64,000 bases of DNA from an uncultured Puniceicoccaceae bacterium (GTDB taxonomy: Bacteria; Verrucomicrobiota; Verrucomicrobiia; Opitutales; Oceanipulchritudinaceae): contig CAWVVV010000001.1 of assembly GCA_963933835.1 (NCBI GenBank), positions 416,001-480,000 of the forward strand. Direction: 5' to 3'. The notes below the pieces were generated by a model that saw nothing but the letters and a program-made list of their open reading frames with translations, was not told the DNA's origin and made no database searches. Shown here piece after piece: positions 61,000 through 64,000 of the stretch. Each line of letters begins with the position of its first letter. The first letter of the stretch is position 1. Position numbers and translations under genes: made by a program.

Positions 61000-62768
61000 G
61001 AATCACCTCCCTGAAAAAACGATTTCACCCCTTCGAGGCTCCGCGAATTCAGCACATGCTTCGCTTCGACCCAACCCTTCCGAGCAATGATAACGCCCGC
61101 CTCGGTAAAGTCGAAGTGTTCCGGTGCGTGAGCATCGGGATTGATCGAGGTGAGCACACCCGCCTCTGTAGCTGTTTTCCAATGACGCCAGTCCATGTCT
61201 AGTCGACTCGGGTTTGCATTGATCTCGATAACGACGCCGTACTCTACGGCGGCTTCAATGATCGCAGAGACATTCACTGCATAAGGTTCACGACGCAGAA
61301 GGATGCGGCCGGTGAGATGGCCAAGCATCTTGCGGGTTTTGGTCGGGGTAGCCATCGCCCGAATGATACGGTCGGTCATCTCATTCTCCGACATCCCCGT
61401 CATCGAGGCGTGAACAGAGATGACCAGATAGTCCAGCTGATCGAGAATCTCTTTTGAGAAGTCTAGGCTGCCATCCCTTAGGATATCGACCTCACTCCCT
61501 GCGAACAGGTGCAGGGGTGCTGTGCCGCTTTCGTTCAGGCTTCGTATCGTCTCAACTTGCTTAAGCAGACGTTTTTCATCGAGACCATTCGCTTGGAAGC
61601 TAGCTTTCGAGTGGTCTGCGATTCCAAGGTATTCCCAGCCTTTCGCCGCCGCGGCCTCTGCCATTTCAAGCAGTGTCGCAGAGCCGTCTGAAGCGTTCGT
61701 GTGATTATGAAAGACTCCGCGCAGATCAGTAACCTGTAGGCGCTCAGGAATAGGTGCATTTTCGGCAAATGAAATTTCGTCACGCCCTTCACGAAGCTCC
61801 GGCGGGATGACATGAAGGTCGAGCGCCTTGAAGAGATCGCCTTCAGTCTTCACCGTATCCACAGCTAAGATACGCCCTTCGCCTCCTGCAGTATGTGCCG
61901 CATCATCGTTCGCGTCGAAGAGCCCCCACTCGCTCATGCTCCAGCCACGTTCCAAAGCCCGCTGCCGCATCATGACATTGTGTTCCTTTGAGCCAGTGAA
62001 GTGGTGTAGTGCGAACGGAAAGCGATCGAGCGGGACAACACGCAGGTCTGCCTGCAAGCCGCCTTCAAAGCGGACGCTCGATTTCGTTTCCCCCTTAGCG
62101 CTGACCTCAAGCACTTCCGCCCTAGACGTAAACCATTCCATGACGAGCCCGGGTTTTGAGGATGCTACAATGAAGTCGAGGTCCCCTACTGTTTCTTTAC
62201 CCCGTCGATAGCTTCCCGCGATCTCGGCGCGATCCACATCTGGTAGTTTCCGCAAGCCATCGACGATAGGAAGAGCGATTGAGCGCACATTCCACCAGAG
62301 GTGTCGCTGGGCATACGCTTCTCGGTTAGCAATGTCGCTGAGCAACTTCTCTTCGGACTTTTTACCAAAGCCCGCAAGCTCGGCAATCTTACCTGCCTCC
62401 GCAGCGGAACGAAGCGCATCGACGGAATCAATGCCAAGCGCCTCATGCACCTTCTTGATTTTCTTAGGCCCAAAATTTGGAATCTCAAGCATCTCGACCA
62501 GACCTGGGGCAACGGAAGCTTTGAGGTCATCGTAGTAGGCAAGATTGTCCGTCTGATGCAGTGTAGTGATTTTATCAACAAGTGCTTTGCCAATTCCTTT
62601 CACGGATCCAAGTCGATCCTCCTCGATAACGTCAGACAAAGCGTCGTCCATGCTCTCTAGCGCGCGTGCTCCATTTTGGTAGGCGCGAACCTTAAAGGGA
62701 TTCTCTCCTTTTAATTCAAGCAGAACACCGATCTCTTCGAGGACGCTGACAATGGAAGCTTTATCCAT
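60996..62768 (-). CDS. polX: DNA polymerase X with PHP domain
   Basis: ENPFKVRAY, HhH motifs, [36 protein letters not shown]. Confidence 0.94.
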   Translation of the reverse strand: MDKASIVSVLEEIGVLLELKGENPFKVRAYQNGARALESMDDALSDVIEEDRLGSVKGIGKALVDKITTLHQTDNLAYYDDLKASVAPGLVEMLEIPNFGPKKIKKVHEALGIDSVDALRSAAEAGKIAELAGFGKKSEEKLLSDIANREAYAQRHLWWNVRSIALPIVDGLRKLPDVDRAEIAGSYRRGKETVGDLDFIVASSKPGLVMEWFTSRAEVLEVSAKGETKSSVRFEGGLQADLRVVPLDRFPFALHHFTGSKEHNVMMRQRALERGWSMSEWGLFDANDDAAHTAGGEGRILAVDTVKTEGDLFKALDLHVIPPELREGRDEISFAENAPIPERLQVTDLRGVFHNHTNASDGSATLLEMAEAAAAKGWEYLGIADHSKASFQANGLDEKRLLKQVETIRSLNESGTAPLHLFAGSEVDILRDGSLDFSKEILDQLDYLVISVHASMTGMSENEMTDRIIRAMATPTKTRKMLGHLTGRILLRREPYAVNVSAIIEAAVEYGVVIEINANPSRLDMDWRHWKTATEAGVLTSINPDAHAPEHFDFTEAGVIIARKGWVEAKHVLNSRSLEGVKSFFQGGDS

Positions 62769-62827
62769 GCCTCAAGATGGACAGGTTCTGAGTCACGGGT
62801 CAACGGGCGGAATCATTGAAATCGCGC

Positions 62828-62856
62828 AAAAAAGAGCCCACCTAGCAGGTGGGCTC
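62828..62856 (-). terminator. Terminator after gpmI
   Basis: GAGCCCACCT-agc-AGGTGGGCTC plus A6. Confidence 0.8.
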
Positions 62857-62882
62857 CCAATTAAGAAAAACTGTAATCAAAC

Positions 62883-64000
62883 TCAGTCTTCGAGAAGGCA
62901 TTCACCCGTCATCGCGACCGGCTGAGGGAGCTTCATCAAGCGGAGTAGCGTCGGTGCAATATCACCAAGACATCCACCCTTCTTCAGTTTAAGTTCTGCA
63001 CAGCCATCGCCATAAACAACCATTTCCACTGGGTTAAGGGTGTGGGCGGTGTGAGCACTTCCATCGACTTGCTTCATTTGGTCACTGTTGCCGTGATCGG
63101 CAGTAATGATCGCACGACCTCCCATCTGATCGATTGCCTCGAGGAGTTCACCCACGCAACTATCAACCACTGCGCATGCCTCAACCGCAGCATCGAGCGA
63201 GCCGGTATGGCCGACCATGTCTGCGTTCGCAAAATTAACCACGACCAAGCCGTACTTGCCACTTAGAATCGCAGCCAAGGTCGCATCCTTAATTCCATGA
63301 GCACTCATCTCGGGCTTCTGGTCGTAGGTAGCGACTTCCTTGGGGCTTTGAATCAACTCACGGTCTTCTAAATCATACGGCTCTTCTCGGTAGTCGTTGA
63401 AGAAGAACGTGACGTGCGGAAACTTCTCCGTCTCGGCGCAACGAAATTGCGGGATGCCCAAATCAGCAACAAAGCTACCCAAGATATGCTTCATCTGAGG
63501 CGGCTTGCGGAAGACAACGTTCGGGCACAGTCCTTTTTTATACTCCGTCATCGTGGAGTAATAAAGGTCGAGCTTCTTGCCGCGATCAAAGCCGTCGAAA
63601 TCGTCCTCTGTAAACGCTCGCGTGAGCTCACGGGGACGATCCCCTCTGTAGTTGAAAAATAATACTGTATCGCCATCTTGCACCGTCGCGAGCGGCTCTC
63701 CGTCATCGCCAATGACAGCGGTCGGGACGACAAACTCATCGCCCTTGCGCGAATCGTCGAGGGGGTTGTCGTAGTAAAATTGGACGGCTTCGGTCGCACT
63801 CTTGGCTGTGCGCTCGATTTTTCGACCGGTCAGGCAGTCGTAGGCCTTCTGCACACGTTCCCAGCGCAGATCGCGATCCATCGACCAGAAGCGCCCGGTC
63901 ACGCTCGCGATTTTTCCGACCCCAACTGACTTCATCTTCTTTTCAATCGCAGCAACAAAGCTCAGACCGGAAGTAGGCGCCGTATCACGGCCATCGGTAA
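62883..64000 (-). CDS. gpmI: 2,3-bisphosphoglycerate-independent phosphoglycerate mutase (5' end outside window)
   Basis: [46 protein letters not shown]. Confidence 0.96.
   Translation of the reverse strand, partial: TDGRDTAPTSGLSFVAAIEKKMKSVGVGKIASVTGRFWSMDRDLRWERVQKAYDCLTGRKIERTAKSATEAVQFYYDNPLDDSRKGDEFVVPTAVIGDDGEPLATVQDGDTVLFFNYRGDRPRELTRAFTEDDFDGFDRGKKLDLYYSTMTEYKKGLCPNVVFRKPPQMKHILGSFVADLGIPQFRCAETEKFPHVTFFFNDYREEPYDLEDRELIQSPKEVATYDQKPEMSAHGIKDATLAAILSGKYGLVVVNFANADMVGHTGSLDAAVEACAVVDSCVGELLEAIDQMGGRAIITADHGNSDQMKQVDGSAHTAHTLNPVEMVVYGDGCAELKLKKGGCLGDIAPTLLRLMKLPQPVAMTGECLLED

Overview
Bacterial chromosomal window that looks like Verrucomicrobiota, probably Opitutia. This is inferred from the protein families and motifs, not from a database search. 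Most of it is housekeeping: ffh (5' partial), rpsP-trmD-rplS, SRP RNA ffs just upstream of dnaX, a Yej/Opp-type peptide ABC operon, a TonB-dependent receptor, amtB-glnK, aspS, dnaE, an exosortase-family gene, alpha-2-macroglobulin, dsbD, purC, tRNA-Glu, a DEAD-box helicase, allB, a HipBA-like module, an NMT1/THI5-type ABC transporter, a small ars cluster, riboflavin synthase, polX and gpmI (partial). Four observations stand out. (1) dnaX stops right after domain III at an A9 run followed by a hairpin, and the -1 frame stays open for about 133 codons, so the long tau form would need recoding, the reverse of E. coli. (2) A four-helix-bundle gene sits inside the ABC operon between 31-bp inverted repeats built from heptamers, and a gene-less hexamer-repeat hairpin occurs elsewhere. 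(3) The alpha-2-macroglobulin bait region looks like the TonB-box/plug N-terminus of a TonB-dependent receptor. (4) There is a DUF5069-HAD fusion and many deletion or frameshift scars. I saw no CRISPR array, prophage, integrase or intact transposase.
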